A stretch of DNA of 62,672 bases, filler included, from Asterionella formosa (GCA_002256025.1; 29 parts of 29 records of this genome joined end to end with filler, not necessarily neighbours in it); one strand, 5' to 3'; shown: positions 37,234 to 50,719, counted from the first letter of the whole stretch. The notes: generated from the sequence alone by a model not told the origin. Numbers and translations: made by a program.

Positions 37234-38469
37234 ATGAAAGCACTAACTTTTGTTTCGTCGCTTCTTTATATCCCGATAATGAAATCTCTTGCCCTTGCGC
37301 TCAGCTCAGTCTTTGTACTTCAATCTCTCGAAACAGGACTAGCGTTCGCTCCGAAAAATCCACGCCAACGAACATGCTCGCAACAAAAACGCCTTCAGGC
37401 CCAGCGAGGAAATCCAGAAGATATTTTCGCGGCGGTCCATCGCAAGGAGTACGAAATGAAGCAAGTTAAGGCGCAGCATACGAGCATTTCGGACCCCGTG
37501 AGAGTGGCCATGTCGTATGGTCAAGAAAGTGTGGGAGCCATGACTCTTGCCAAGGCACTGCGACGAGTTTATGACGACGAATTCAATCCAGCGAATCCAA
37601 ATGCCAAGGAAGTGGACCCAGAGACGGAACAGCGAGCGACCAAATTGAAAGATTTGGGTATGGCGGAAATGGGAATGCGCCGGGGGTCGTTCATTGTGGA
37701 CATTAAGCGCAAGTCCCTGAGTCGCACAGGTGAACCGAAATTTTGCAATTTCGATGATGCTGGATTGGTTGCGGAAGCCATGGTTCGATTAGGAGCCGAT
37801 GCAGTCTTTGTCAATGTTGATTATGCGGGATATGGAGGCGACTTTTCAGAATTAAAGTCTGCAATTCGAGCGGTTAGAAAGGTATCGAAGACGGCAGCTG
37901 TAGTTATGAAGGACATTGTTGTGGACGAAATACAGTTGGGGTTGGCCAAGGAGGCTGGTGCGGATGGGATCCTTTTGATAGCATCTGTGTTAGGACCTGC
38001 ACTCGATAATTTTTTGAATCTCGCAACGACTATCGGTCTGGAAACTATTGTTGAATGTCACACCTATAACGAGGTGCAAAGGGCACTGGAAGCGTGCGCT
38101 CAGATTATTCTCGTTAGCAACTACGACAGAGTCAACAATGTGTATCATCCAAATCAAGCGATTCAACTTGCCGGTCTCTTTCCTGGATCTGGAGGACCAA
38201 TAATCACGCTTGCATGTGGTGGTATTGATGATACGGAAGTTATGAAACGGCACTTGGCAGTGGGATACGACGGGGTGATAGTCGGAAAAGCAGTAATGGG
38301 TAGTCCGAGAGCTCCAGAATTCATCCGGGCGGTGAGAGATAGGACGTTGTTACCGGCGGAGTTCTCACAGTGGGGTCTAGAAGACGTGGAGTTTGATATG
38401 AATGGCCAGGTAATGGCAGGAACAAAAAAAGGAATTCCGAGCCTAGGCGACGACGACGTGTATATGTAA
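37234..38469 (+). CDS. trpC: Indole-3-glycerol-phosphate synthase-like protein, plastid-targeted, divergent active site
   Basis: IVDIKRKSLS, MKDIVVDEIQL..AKEAGADGILLIASVL, GLETIVECH, GYDGVIVGKAVM follow the IGPS TIM barrel; presequence ...ETGLA|FAP (ASAFAP-like). Confidence 0.8.
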   Translation: MKALTFVSSLLYIPIMKSLALALSSVFVLQSLETGLAFAPKNPRQRTCSQQKRLQAQRGNPEDIFAAVHRKEYEMKQVKAQHTSISDPVRVAMSYGQESVGAMTLAKALRRVYDDEFNPANPNAKEVDPETEQRATKLKDLGMAEMGMRRGSFIVDIKRKSLSRTGEPKFCNFDDAGLVAEAMVRLGADAVFVNVDYAGYGGDFSELKSAIRAVRKVSKTAAVVMKDIVVDEIQLGLAKEAGADGILLIASVLGPALDNFLNLATTIGLETIVECHTYNEVQRALEACAQIILVSNYDRVNNVYHPNQAIQLAGLFPGSGGPIITLACGGIDDTEVMKRHLAVGYDGVIVGKAVMGSPRAPEFIRAVRDRTLLPAEFSQWGLEDVEFDMNGQVMAGTKKGIPSLGDDDVYM

Positions 38470-38527
38470 ATTCTTCACATGAATCCTAGATAAGCATTTC
38501 TATTCAGACTACCACCCAGCAAAAGAC

Positions 38528-38913
38528 CTAATTCTTTTTAGATTCGTTTCTTGTTGCTCGTTTTGCCGTCGCTTGCCGTCTGCCTCGCGACCTTCTACCG
38601 ACCATGGACAAGTACTTTTCTTCATCGATGGCTCGATTGCGTTCTTCCATCTCCTGCCGAGGAGTCATAGACTTTTTTCCTTCAATTAAGTTGGTCACCC
38701 CTTCCGTCGCTGTCTCAATTATACCCTTTACCGTTGGTGCTCCGGGTACTGGCTTGGGGAGGTCCCAAATACCCAAAACCTTTCGCGCAGCTGCGTTTTT
38801 GAATAAGAGGGTTTGCACCAACGTGATAGTATTGTTTGTAACCCAATAACAAAGAAGACCGGCTGAAAAGAAGGAAGTGGAAGGAATCATAACAAGACCG
38901 AGTGCGCGAAAGA
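38528..38913 (-). CDS. OXA1: Oxa1/YidC membrane insertase C-terminus (5' truncated)
   Basis: FSAGLLCYWVTNNTITLVQTLLFKNAAARKVLGIWDLPKP followed by a basic tail. Confidence 0.75.
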
Positions 38914-39013
38914 NNNNNNNNNNNNNNNNNNNNNNNNNNNNNNNNNNNNNNNNNNNNTTAATTAATTAANNNNNNNNNNNNNNNNNNNNNNNNNNNNNNN
39001 NNNNNNNNNNNNN

Positions 39014-41076
39014 CAGAAAAAGCTGGCGCAGTCTATGCTTAGTCAGTATTGATCAAATTCGTCATCAGGATGCGTAAAATTTTCGGTGCTTGCTGTGGAC
39101 TGATGACCAGTGCTGTAGCAACCTAAATTCCAATTCATTTCTTTCTCAACCAATTTGATGCCGATTTCTATCTAATATTTTATTTGATGTACCCGAAATC
39201 AAAGGCTTCTTGTCGAATGTCGATATGCTCAGAACGAACGTATATTGTCCAAAGGAGGCATCAGGACGTGTAAATTTCAGGACCACTGCTTTAACAACCA
39301 AACTTCCAATTCATCTTTCTCTACCAATTCATTGTCAATTTCTATCTAGCATAGTATTCGATTTATACGAGATATCAATGCCGATATTTCGAATGTCGAT
39401 ATGCTCGCTCAGAACGAACATACATTGATCAAATTGCTCATCAGGATGGTGTGTAAATTTTCGGTACTTGTGGCTTGATCATTAGTGCAGTAGCAACAAA
39501 AATTCCAAACAACCCTTCTCAACCAATTTAAGGCAGATTTCTATCAAGCATAGTATTTGATGTACACAAAATCAATGCAGTTGTGTCGAATGTTCATATG
39601 CTCAGACCGAACGTATATTGATCAAAGGAGGCCTCCGGATGTGTAAATTTTCGGATGCTTGTGGACTGATCATCAGTGCTGTGGCAACAAAAATTACAAA
39701 CCATCTTTCTCCACCAATTTAATTCTAATTTTTATCAATCATAGTATTCGATGAACACGACATCAATGGCTTCATAATGAATGTCGATATACTAAGAACG
39801 AACATATTTTGATCAAATTGTTCATCAGGATGTGAAATAAAATTTTCGGTGCTTGTGGACTGGTGATTGTAATTGCTGTGGCAACAAAAATTCATAACCA
39901 TCTTGCTCCACCATTTTAAGGCTGATTTCTATCTAGAAAAGTATTCGATGTACACGAGGTCAATGCCGACATATATTGATCAAATTGGTCATCATGATGT
40001 GTATAATTTCGGTTCTTGTGGACTGCTGCATGACCATTATTCCAAGCAAACCATCTTTCTCCACCAATTTAAGACCGATTTCTATCAAGCAAAGTATTCG
40101 ATGTAAAGGCCAATTTAAGACCGATTTCAATCAAGCAAAGTATTCGATGTAAAGGAGATCAAAGTTGTCATGGACAATGTCGATATTCTCAGAACGACTA
40201 TATATTGATCAATGGAGGCATCAGGATGAGTAAAATTTTCGGATGCTTGTGGACTGATCATCAGTGCTGTGGCAACAAGAATTCCAAACCTCCTTTCTCC
40301 AAGCAATTTAAAGCCGATTTTTATCAAACATAGTATTCGATGTACAAGAGATCAATGCTGTCATTTCGAATGTCGATATTCTCAGAACGGACATAAATTG
40401 ATCAAAGGAGACATCAGGATGTGTAAATTTACTGTGCTTGTGGACTGATCATTAGCCAGTGCAGTAGAAACAAAAACTCCAAACCATCTGTCTCCACCAA
40501 TTGAAGGCCGATTTCTATCCAGCATAGTATTAAATGTACACGAAATCAATGCAGTCGTGTCGAATGTTCATATGCTCAGAACGAACATATATAAATCGAA
40601 TTGGTCATCAGCCAAGAAGGTGTGTAAAAGTTCGGTGCTTGCTGTGCACTGATCATAAGTGGCTGCTGTGGCAACAAAAATCCCAAACCACCTTTCTCCA
40701 CCAATTTAAGACCGATTTCTATCCAGCATAGTATTCGATGTCCACGAGTGCAATGCCGTCATGTCGAATGTCGATATTCTCAGAATTAACATATATTGAT
40801 CAAATTGGTCATCGGGCAGGTTTGTAAAATCTCGGTGCTTGCTGTGGACTGAACATCAGTGCTGTCATTACAAACATTCAAAACCATCTTTCTCCACCAA
40901 TATAAGGCTGATTTATATCCAGCATAGTATTCGATGTACACGAGATCATTGCCGTCATTTCGAATATCGATATTCTCAAAACGAACATATATTGATCAAA
41001 TTGGTCCTCAGGATGTGTATAATTTCGGTTCTTGTGGACTGCTGCATGACCAGTATTCCAAACCATCTTGCTCAAC
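39014..41076. repeat. Diverged tandem satellite, unit about 190-200 bp, roughly 10-11 copies filling the contig
   Basis: Recurring blocks TAGTATTCGATGTACACG, GAATGTCGATATTCTCAGAACGAACATATATTGATCAAATTGG, CATCAGGATGTGTAAATTTTCGG, CTTTCTCCACCAATTTAAG. Confidence 0.95.
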
Positions 41077-42199
41077 NNNNNNNNNNNNNNNNNNNNNNNN
41101 NNNNNNNNNNNNNNNNNNNNTTAATTAATTAANNNNNNNNNNNNNNNNNNNNNNNNNNNNNNNNNNNNNNNNNNNNTTAGGGCATGACCGAACTTTTCAT
41201 AGCAATGGAAGCATGTTGTTTTGAACTGAATATCTGCGTCTTCCTGCAAATGATCACAAAGAGCATGAATGCTATACCCACTTCCAGGGCATTTATGTGC
41301 AGTGCTGAACCTGCAAAGAATAAATAGGGTTGCACAGCATGCTTGTCAGAACCTAATTGCTTGTTTTACCATGCCATTGATTCAGGTCAAGTTGACCCAC
41401 CACAGACTCAACAAGAAGGCTATTCCAAATATGGCCCTGTTGCATTGACACAGCTCATCAATGAGTTCAAGACACATTGATGTGCCTTTGACTTTGACAA
41501 CAAGTACATTTGGAGTGAGATGAATTATGGTTGATGGTGTTGAGTTTCCTGTTGCATCAATCCTTTTACATACTAGATGTATCAAAGTTATAGGATAAAC
41601 AAATCTAAATTTTTTTTGATTAAAGGTCATAGTTTATACCGGAGTAGTTGCTCATGCATGCAACCCCTTCCTCCCTCTGTATACAGTACAGAAGTGATAA
41701 CCCCCAAGCTACCAAATTTTTATGTTTTGTAAGAATTATCGCAGCATGCATGCATACATGACTCCTACTGGTATATACAATGCGGAAATGATGACCACCA
41801 GACTACCAATCCTATAGGTCCTGTAGAATTATCGCAACATGGCTGCATATCTAATGAAAGGGCGGGAGGAGTCATCCATGCACCTGCATAGTATGAAATA
41901 TGGAAATGATCAAATATAGCTAGTCTACACAAGGAGCAGTGCATCATATATGCCCTGTTATTTTAATTCCTATGAAATCTCGCTCTTGATCTGTTCTGCG
42001 CTTTTTCGCCACCACAATTGTTTTCATTGGCTGTTTCACTGGACAGCATTCGAATTGATTGTGCTTTGAACGAAGCAATGATCAAAGTCCACCACCCCAT
42101 TGGAGAATGGTGAGTCTCACAACTAATTATCAGCCAGTCATGGACTGTCGTTTGTGCACCCTCGCTCGTTGTGTTTGTACTTGACTTGGCAGCTGTCAG

Positions 42200-42800
42200 C
42201 CAAGAGCAGCCATGGCAGCATGTCACCATTTATTGTCTATACAAGAAGTTTCGAATGCGTTCAGCTATGATATCTTTTGCTCCCCCCTCCTAAACACTAT
42301 CTCACCACCCTTGTCGTAGATTTTTCTTTATCCTTCGGCTTCACAGGCCCAGGTTACTCAATGCCTTCATCTGCAAGGAGTTCAGCCAAGCAGGTCCACG
42401 TTGGCGTCAAGAAAACCTCAACCCCGATTTTCCTCACATGCTCCACCCATTGACTTCTTCATTGATGAAGTCGAGGTAGCTATACTGACGACATCAGGTG
42501 GCGCAGGCTTGTGTATAGATTGATGATGCTGAATGCATTGCTTCCTTTTCCCGTAGGTACCTATTTGTCAACATTGTTTGGGTCGATCTATTCTTGTTCC
42601 CGCAAGGAGACCAGAAGCAATTATCCCTTTACTTCTCCTCCCAAGAACCTTCATTTCTCTTTCACAATTGTCCTGATGATGTTTGCAGAGCACCATTTTT
42701 AGTTCCCTTGTTTTGATTTTTCCACTGGTTTCGATCCCTTTTGCATTCAAGCAACTCATTGAGATTTCTGGAGGTCTCGGTCAGTGGCACCATAAAGCAA
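42200..42800 (-). pseudogene. Highly degenerate DNA transposase relic, probably the same family as 11570-11920
   Basis: Broken minus frames give IDPNNVDK, TSLRHLMS, DFINEE, KIGVEVFLTP..AELLADEGIE, ERIRNF. Confidence 0.45.
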
Positions 42801-44169
42801 CAATCAACAGATCATGGCGGCTGTTCTACATTTTCTGTAGCAAGTGATATTCAAGAAGGGACTGGGATCATTGGGAAGAAAAATTAGCAGGATTCTCTGT
42901 GTTTGCCCCCGCCCGCTTGGCAGCCATTCTACCATTGCTTCCTCTCAATCAATACTAGTATAGCTAATGAAAACTGTAATTGGATGAAATGTGACTTCCG
43001 GTTTCTAATATTTTACATTGTTGCACTAGTAGTACTGAAACTTGAATCCATAAATGGGCATTCAACTTGTGCTTGCTTCTTGCATTTTTGCAGTATAGAC
43101 TGGCTGGTGGGCGATAGCTAGGCCAAGCAAAGTGTCTCGCTTTTCATGAACATCTACAAGGTACTAGTGCTTTTGTCGAGGTTTGTGTCTAAATCCAACT
43201 GCTGCCATCCATTGAAATATTCCAGATACATCAAAGAATAGCTACGCTNNNNNNNNNNNNNNNNNNNNNNNNNNNNNNNNNNNNNNNNNNNNTTAATTAA
43301 TTAANNNNNNNNNNNNNNNNNNNNNNNNNNNNNNNNNNNNNNNNNNNNTACATACTTTATATATGAATATTTGATAAGCATGTTTATACTTATAATATTT
43401 GATCATATTGTTCTAATATTGATCCATATTGACTCATAATGGTAACCACAAAGTAATCATACAAATACAGTAAATGAGTAACAACAACTCAAGTCGAAAT
43501 CACTGCTTCTCTTTGAATTTAAATCGCTCTTCTCATGACCATGAATTACTAATTGTACTTACAAGACCATCATCGATTTACCTCAGCTACATCCCCTATT
43601 GTGTATTTGTTCATCTTATAGCCATATTATTACCATCGTATCTCTATGAAGTATTTGTCCAAAATATGTGGAAACGGATTGTAATTTAACTACTTAATTT
43701 AGAATTGTTTCAATCTATCTATAGAAACAGTTATCTCACACCGTCTCACTCCTGTTCATTCTCTTGTCTGCTTCTTCCCGCCTGCTACCCCATTTCTGAC
43801 ACAACTGTAACCGCCCACTTCGTCTTTTCCCTTGTACTTGTCTGATTCCGAAGGATGAACTGCTGTCGCTGATAGCGGCGGGTTGCCTCTCCTCATTCCC
43901 TTCTTCTCCGTATCAGAGCTTTCCTTCATTATTAGCATTCATGTTAATGTTGTAACAACAACTGCGAAGCAAATACATGTTAGTCATATTATTTTTATGC
44001 AACAACATGCAGTTCCATTCTATTTTCACCTACCATGAAAAGATGTATACCGTAAAATTGCAACGAGAAATGAGGAAATTGGATGGATGGACACAGATCC
44101 CCATGATAAATGCTAGAAGGGAACTAATGATGGCGTCACCACCACCAAAACAACACGACGAGGTTCTTA

Positions 44170-45409
44170 CAACAACGGTCAGTGAAATTGACAGAGTCGT
44201 TGAAATACATTGGATATATTCAACATCATTAGCATCTGATCCTGGAGAACCAAAAGGGTACAAACAAGCAATGACTGATCCTGAACGTGATAAGTGGATC
44301 GAGGCAATGAAAGTGGAAATTAACAATTTCTACAAACGCAAAGTGTGGGAGAAATTTCCAAGGAAAATGCTCAATGAACGCAAGATGCTAGGCAGTCGAT
44401 GGGTGTTTAAGAAGAAGTCTGAACAAGACTTATCCATCCGCTATAAAGAACGAATTGTTGTGAAGGGATATGTACAAATCCCTGGCGTCGACTTCACGGA
44501 GTCATAAGCCCCAGTTGCAACAGATACAACAACAAGAACAGTTTTTGCAATCACACTCTATAATCACAGCAAGGATGTTAACGAACGATGGATTTGATGT
44601 GGAAGCGGCATTCCTAGAAGGTGATATGGACGAAGCAATCTATGATGGCTGGCCAGAAGGAATAGAAGAGCTTGGCTATGAAACAAAAGCCGACACCGAA
44701 AATTATTGCATCTTGCTCAAAAAAGCGATGCATGGGACAGTTTAGGGAGCTTTGCAGTTTTTTAAGAAACTGGTTGAAATTTTGAAATTAGTTGGTCTGA
44801 CTTAATGTCAAGTGGACCCATGTATTTTCTATTTGAAACAGAATGGGAAATTAGTCTTACTAATTGCCTCACACGTTGACGACTGCGCAGTGGCCGGAAA
44901 GCCTAGTGATGTAGAGTGGTTCAAGAAGGAGATAAAGAAATATTTCACAATTAAAGAACTTGGACAATTGAAGAAACACCTGGGCGTGTGGTACAAATGG
45001 GGAGAGGATTCTACAGGACGCTACTTAGAGAGTAGTATGGAAAGTTTTGTCCAAGGTATGAAAGACGATTTCAAAGATATCTTTGGACATTTTCCAAAAG
45101 ATGCATTAACTCCGGCTTTCCCCAGTACTACGTTGAGAAAGTCAACTGGGAATCCAGTGAAGCATAAAGAGTACCGATCTATGGTAGGCAAGCTACTATA
45201 CTACGTTAAAAAGATTGTTCTTGTTTGTTCCAATGCATGCCAAGAATTGTCACAACATTTGGATAATCCAGGTGATGAGCATTGGAACGCAGTAGAAAGA
45301 CTACTTGGGTATATTTGTGCTAAACCTGAAAATCGAAGATTGAAGTTGAGACCACCAAAGGAACTACGTGTACAAGATGTCGTTGACAGCTCTTTCGGCG
45401 ATAATCCTG
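44170..45409 (+). mobile_element. Degenerate Ty1/copia reverse transcriptase
   Basis: EPKGYKQAM..ERDKWIEAM, GSRWVFKKK, YKERIVVKGYVQIPGVDFTES, DVEAAFLEG, SHVDD, YRSMVGKLLY; several stops. Confidence 0.92.
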
Positions 45410-45876
45410 NNNNNNNNNNNNNNNNNNNNNNNNNNNNNNNNNNNNNNNNNNNNTTAATTAATTAANNNNNNNNNNNNNNNNNNNNNNNNNNNNNNNNNNN
45501 NNNNNNNNNTCCCATTCATGATCCTTGGGACTTCGTCATGTTGTGGCGTTCTACCCCCTGCTCCATAACCACAGCCACCCTGTCGCGGGCCGTTGCAACG
45601 CACGATAATGGGTGATGTACCAAATTTTTCCGGTATTCCGGTAATAGAGGGGGGGCGGGGGGCAGCGCTTTGACCTTCACAGCCTCTCTACAGAGCTGCT
45701 ACAGAAAATAATAGGGAAAAACATAGTACCACCATAACCGTAGGTGCTACTTAAAGGTGCTGATAAAAGATATAGACGTACTACCTGGTACCGGTAGTAA
45801 CTCGTCAGCCTGGCTAATTATCGCGCCAGTTAAATTCATAAAAGCAATATTATGATAACTACCGGGTAGGTATGCC

Positions 45877-47569
45877 AGAACATATGGTGTTCTGTTGCTC
45901 GCTTATTACTCCGACTATTGGTTTTTAGTTTTACGATCATACAATCCTAGAGCTATGATGATTTACTGTCCCACGGTAGTAGCAACAGTCCTGAATATAT
46001 GGTGTTCTATTGGTTTTTAGTTTTACGATCATACGATCCTAAAATTATGATGATTTACTGTCCCGCTGCAATAGCAGCAGTCATAGACATTTCGTGTTCT
46101 ATTGGTTTTTAGTTTTACGATCATACAATCCTAAAACTATGATGATTTACTGTCCCACTGCAGTAGCAACAGTCCTGAACATATGGTGTTCTGTTGCTAG
46201 TTTACCGGCACTACTCCGACTACCCCCAGTATATCACTTACTACCTGCTACTGGTACCCTGTATATATATATGATACGTTGCTATTGTCATATGATGTAC
46301 CGGTACACATGAAGAGCTCCCGCCCAAAAAAGGGGCTTAAACAATTTGCTACCAAAACCCTTGCGGCATTTGAACGGTCTAAATAATTAGTTTCAACGGA
46401 CGTAAAAAATATCGATGCAAACAAATTTCAGAGATAATACCGGTACACGTACCGGTAGTCGTGGAAAACAATGGACATATAGTGCATTGAGTATTTTCGA
46501 ATTATGTATATGTGAGTATGATCATCTCAACCATATCAGATGTTCCATATCGAGAGCGCCTTTGAATTTTATAAAATGTATAACGCTATATATATATATA
46601 TATATATTTACAAATTTTATTACTATATTCATGGCCAATATATTTTTCAAATCGTTCTGTCATGTTAACAAACAATGCCTGCTGCTTCATGATAAGATAC
46701 GTCGTAGTAAAGCACATGACAAGAAAAGAAAATTTTTGCAATACATGACGAAAAACATTGTGACTTCGACACATTGCGCCTTCGAAGGATGGAGAATGTT
46801 TAAGGTAATATAATGAAGCCATCAATGTGGTAGCTACTTGGATGATAATCCTTGGGAGACAGGCAGCACAACAACAAATTGTTAACTAAATGCAGCCACA
46901 TTTCCTTTTTTCTCAGTTGATTCAACAGCTCGTTTCGCTTGTTGGGGAGCACCAATGTAAAACAAAACCAAATTGCGTAAGTGCTCTTGTCACTCCACTC
47001 GTTGGACCTATTCACTTCTGTTGGTATAAAGCTGACAAAACGTTTACCTTCTCTCAAAGTTAAGATGACAAAAATGAACCGGTAAGTTTTATTCGACAAC
47101 ATTGGATACCCGAAACTTACTTATTCAAGAATTTGGCTTACTGACAAGTTACTATAACAGACTTATGCATCAGTTGCATTGATTTGTGGTAAGTGAAGCA
47201 AGAGGATACGATGGAATTGCGTGTCGTTGTTTCAATGTAACATGACTACTAGCTAACAAATCATTCCTTCTCATTGTTTCTGTAACTGCATAGGACCATA
47301 AAACCAAACAACGGAATAGTCGGCGAAAAATGCTAGTATGGCTTGTCAGCTCACGCATTGTTGTTGACAACAGGCAGGGACAATGAGGTCCGGAATGGAA
47401 GTTGTTCTGGTAAGATTACTGCGCTATTTTGACGGCTATATGAGCAACGCTACTGATAACTCACACTGATCTTCCTCTACATTCAATTGACATTGCAGCA
47501 AACCCTTTCAGTGCAGGAGCATTCGCATGCCGTTCCGAATGAGCAGGCTTTATTTCATTAATGAAACTC
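45877..47569 (+). repeat. Repeat family R1, copy 3 (tandem subunits + ~1.3-kb body containing splice-like signals)
   Basis: Matches 7955-8586 and the reverse complement of 19531-21150; the stretch beyond about 47393 has no counterpart in this window. Confidence 0.88.
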
Positions 47570-47669
47570 NNNNNNNNNNNNNNNNNNNNNNNNNNNNNNN
47601 NNNNNNNNNNNNNTTAATTAATTAANNNNNNNNNNNNNNNNNNNNNNNNNNNNNNNNNNNNNNNNNNNN

Positions 47670-48310
47670 GCAAGAGTAGTTCATCTACGATGCAAAATCC
47701 ATACGGCGTTGGAACCTGCAGCGAATCACGGCAATCCACAGCAACACGGAATCCATACACATCACGGCCTACAAAAGTGCCAACAGAGCGTCCGTCCAAG
47801 GCCACCGCTGCACTTTTAGCGACTGAACCTACACGCCGACGACGTGACCCATCCATGGCTGGTGCCGTGCAGGCCACTTCTGGGTTATGGTATCGTCACG
47901 GTGCTCCACAGCTAGATATTCACGCCATACCCCTTCCATCCAATTGGAGACCGAGGAATGATTTGTTCGGTGGATCTGGAGTGGGCACTGGAAATTATCA
48001 GTTGGAACAAGCAAGCCTAGTGCAACCTCCGGTGAAGAAAGCTGCTCGCAAGACTAGGAAAACAAGCACAACCACCAAGAAGACGAGCACCTTCGCCAAA
48101 CGCAAATATGTAAAGAAGAAAGGCGGAGGCAAAAGAAATTTCAAGAAGAAGGGTACCGGTGCTTCTCGAAGTGGCGGCGAAAAATCGAGAGCGGCACCCA
48201 CAATAAATGATGCTTGGTCGTCTGGCTATCAGCATCGAACCTCTGCCGCACCAGTCTCGAGAACCGATGCAACATTAAATCATGTCGGTGGCGCAAGTAT
48301 TACATTCTAA
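47670..48310 (+). CDS. C-terminal part of an unknown protein with a Lys-rich, NLS-like tail
   Basis: Frame open from the contig start; ends VGGASITF*, convergent with the P4H gene. Confidence 0.55.
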
Positions 48311-48638
48311 ATCTACTGTCACATAATTGGCGTTACATCACAACATGACATGCTGTTGATAGGCACACATTTACATAGTAATCTAATAAGCGTTATTCTG
48401 GTGATGCTATTTCAATTGAAGTTTAACTCAATGTATTGCCCGACGCTCACTCTCTTTTACCAATAGAATATATTCCATCTCAAGGTAGAAGTTCAGCACT
48501 TGAAAGATCTGCCTTGCCACTGTCCATCCACGTTTGAACCCCTTGGAATAAACCAAATGGGGGAGGGAGGGCATATTATTAAAAAAAGCTGCACACGAAA
48601 CTGTATAACTATCAGTTTGTAAAATTCCGTGGTCAAAG

Positions 48639-49729
48639 TCAATGAATCGGAGTTACACCGTTCATGTCATGCGATTGTTCAAAAGGTTCACCCAGAGTTT
48701 GCAAAAGACGCTTACTGGGATATCCAGTGTATTCTCCCTGTCGAATCCAAACTTGGCTTACATACTTAGTATCAATCGCTGGCAATGCCGCATGCAAGGC
48801 CATCTTGTCCAAAAACCCATCTACAGTAGCTGGGAAAAAGACAAGAGCAGTTCCCTGCCGGGGTTGAACACTTAACCCCAAGGCCGGAAACGCCGTGGAA
48901 CCTCCTTGTATAACATCATTGAGATACACTAGCACAGTAACAGTGCGCTGTCCGCCATTGGCAGCGAACCGCCTTCCGTCTTCATTGGACAAGTCAAATG
49001 CATCAAAATGCTGCAAATATTGTTGCGTGGGAAAGTAGCGTCCGACTTGCGGAAGTTCGCAGTGCTCTACAGGTTTGCCAGTCAAGATCGACACCTTCCT
49101 CATGTAATCCGGAAGATCTTCCCTTGCCAAATAACACGTCGAAGAAGTTCGTGACGGAGACACTTCTCCAGCTCCCTTGCCCACCACAGGAGCTGGCCCA
49201 AAAGCATCGTTGGCGGCATTGACCAAAAACATGCATTCAAAAGGAGTCAAAAAGTTGTCAACCGCAAAAATCGGAGGATTAGCATATAGTAGACGAAGTC
49301 CTGGATAGTTCGGATTGACGCCATTGTACACTGGGGGCACAAGCGGGCGGTCTTGGACAGTGAACGGGATCCCACCAATAACAGGCGAGATGATTAACGC
49401 GGATGGATGTCCTGGAGTGCCGTTCAAGGACGCCGCAGTGGCGGCCTCTTGCAAGTGCGATGGTATAAGGTTATGAGTGAGACTGGCACCATCAAGGTAG
49501 GGAATAACGTTGGGAGCAAGCATGGGATTGACTGACAGGACTTGCTGCTGCGCCGCCATGTTGCGGTGAATGGCGCGATGCTCATCTCCGCGGAGGGGAT
49601 TTTCTTCCTTGGCGGGTGCTAGTGCTGCATTGAATGATCCGGATGGATTGCTTGGAGCAGCCCCGGCGACTTGCCCAAGCGCTGGATGCATGCCGATGAT
49701 ACCTCCCCCTGTTTGGAACTCCTTTGTCT
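48639..49729 (-). CDS. Prolyl 4-hydroxylase-like 2OG-Fe(II) dioxygenase (5' truncated)
   Basis: DNFLTPFEC, SRTSST, ELPQVGRY, HFD, GGQRTVTVLVYLNDV..GGSTAFP, LHAALP, KYVSQVWIR. Confidence 0.92.
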
Positions 49730-50719
49730 NNNNNNNNNNNNNNNNNNNNNNNNNNNNNNNNNNNNNNNNNNNNTTAATTAATTAANNNNNNNNNNNNNNN
49801 NNNNNNNNNNNNNNNNNNNNNNNNNNNNNTCCCAATCAATGGCAAAGGCACCAGGTAGAGAGCGAGAACCACGAGACTTACTCGTCGTGATGCTGCAATA
49901 GGAAATGTCGTCGTCGGATCTCATGTGTTTGATCTGTCGTGTAGTTCCTTTTCCACACTATCTCTCTTTCCAAATTGTTTCCTTTCTTGATGGGAGTGAA
50001 TGGTGAATGATTGTCTCATGAGTATGTATTTTACATCGACTTTTTCCATTTGCCAATAAAAACCCGCCACAAAAATGATGTCGTGCGGTATTTTCTCCGA
50101 AAGATAAACCGTGTTAGTTTTTATATGTCTATCCTACATCATGCTGTATATTGACTATAACTATTGGGCCAATGATTCCCGAACCAGTCATACACGGGCA
50201 CCTAAATAGAATCACGGTATTCATATTTCATACAGTACATCTGTTAATACTACCGGAATAATAACTCCAACGCCTGTATATGTTCGTTATAGAAACCGTG
50301 ATTATTTAGTGTGTACTGTACCAAGTGAATAAAATTGTCGGCCAAGTCCCGGTCATATGCCCGTACCGAATCAAAATGGTCACGTGTTATAAAAATGCAT
50401 ATCGATTTAATATTCCAACAACCAAGGACGAAGAAGTTGTATGTGCGCATACATGTGTTACACGAGTACAATAGATATGCAGTTGAATGATGAGTCATTA
50501 TATCATTCGTGACTGGGTCATTTCATTTCTAATTTGAGGCATTGTGAGGTCACAATGCCTTAAAGCCACAATGCCACCAATACTCTGTATTGGTTGGAAC
50601 CAATCTATTTCTCTACGGCAAATCACGTATGATTCCGATGATTGGGTGGCAGCACTTCACGCCTGCTTACATAGAGTTACGTGCGTAGACATTCTAATGA
50701 ATACCGGTACATAGGAAAA

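Noticed and set aside
39014..41076. Possible CRISPR array
   Set aside because: Whole ~190-bp units are homologous, with no unique spacers or cas genes; eukaryotic context
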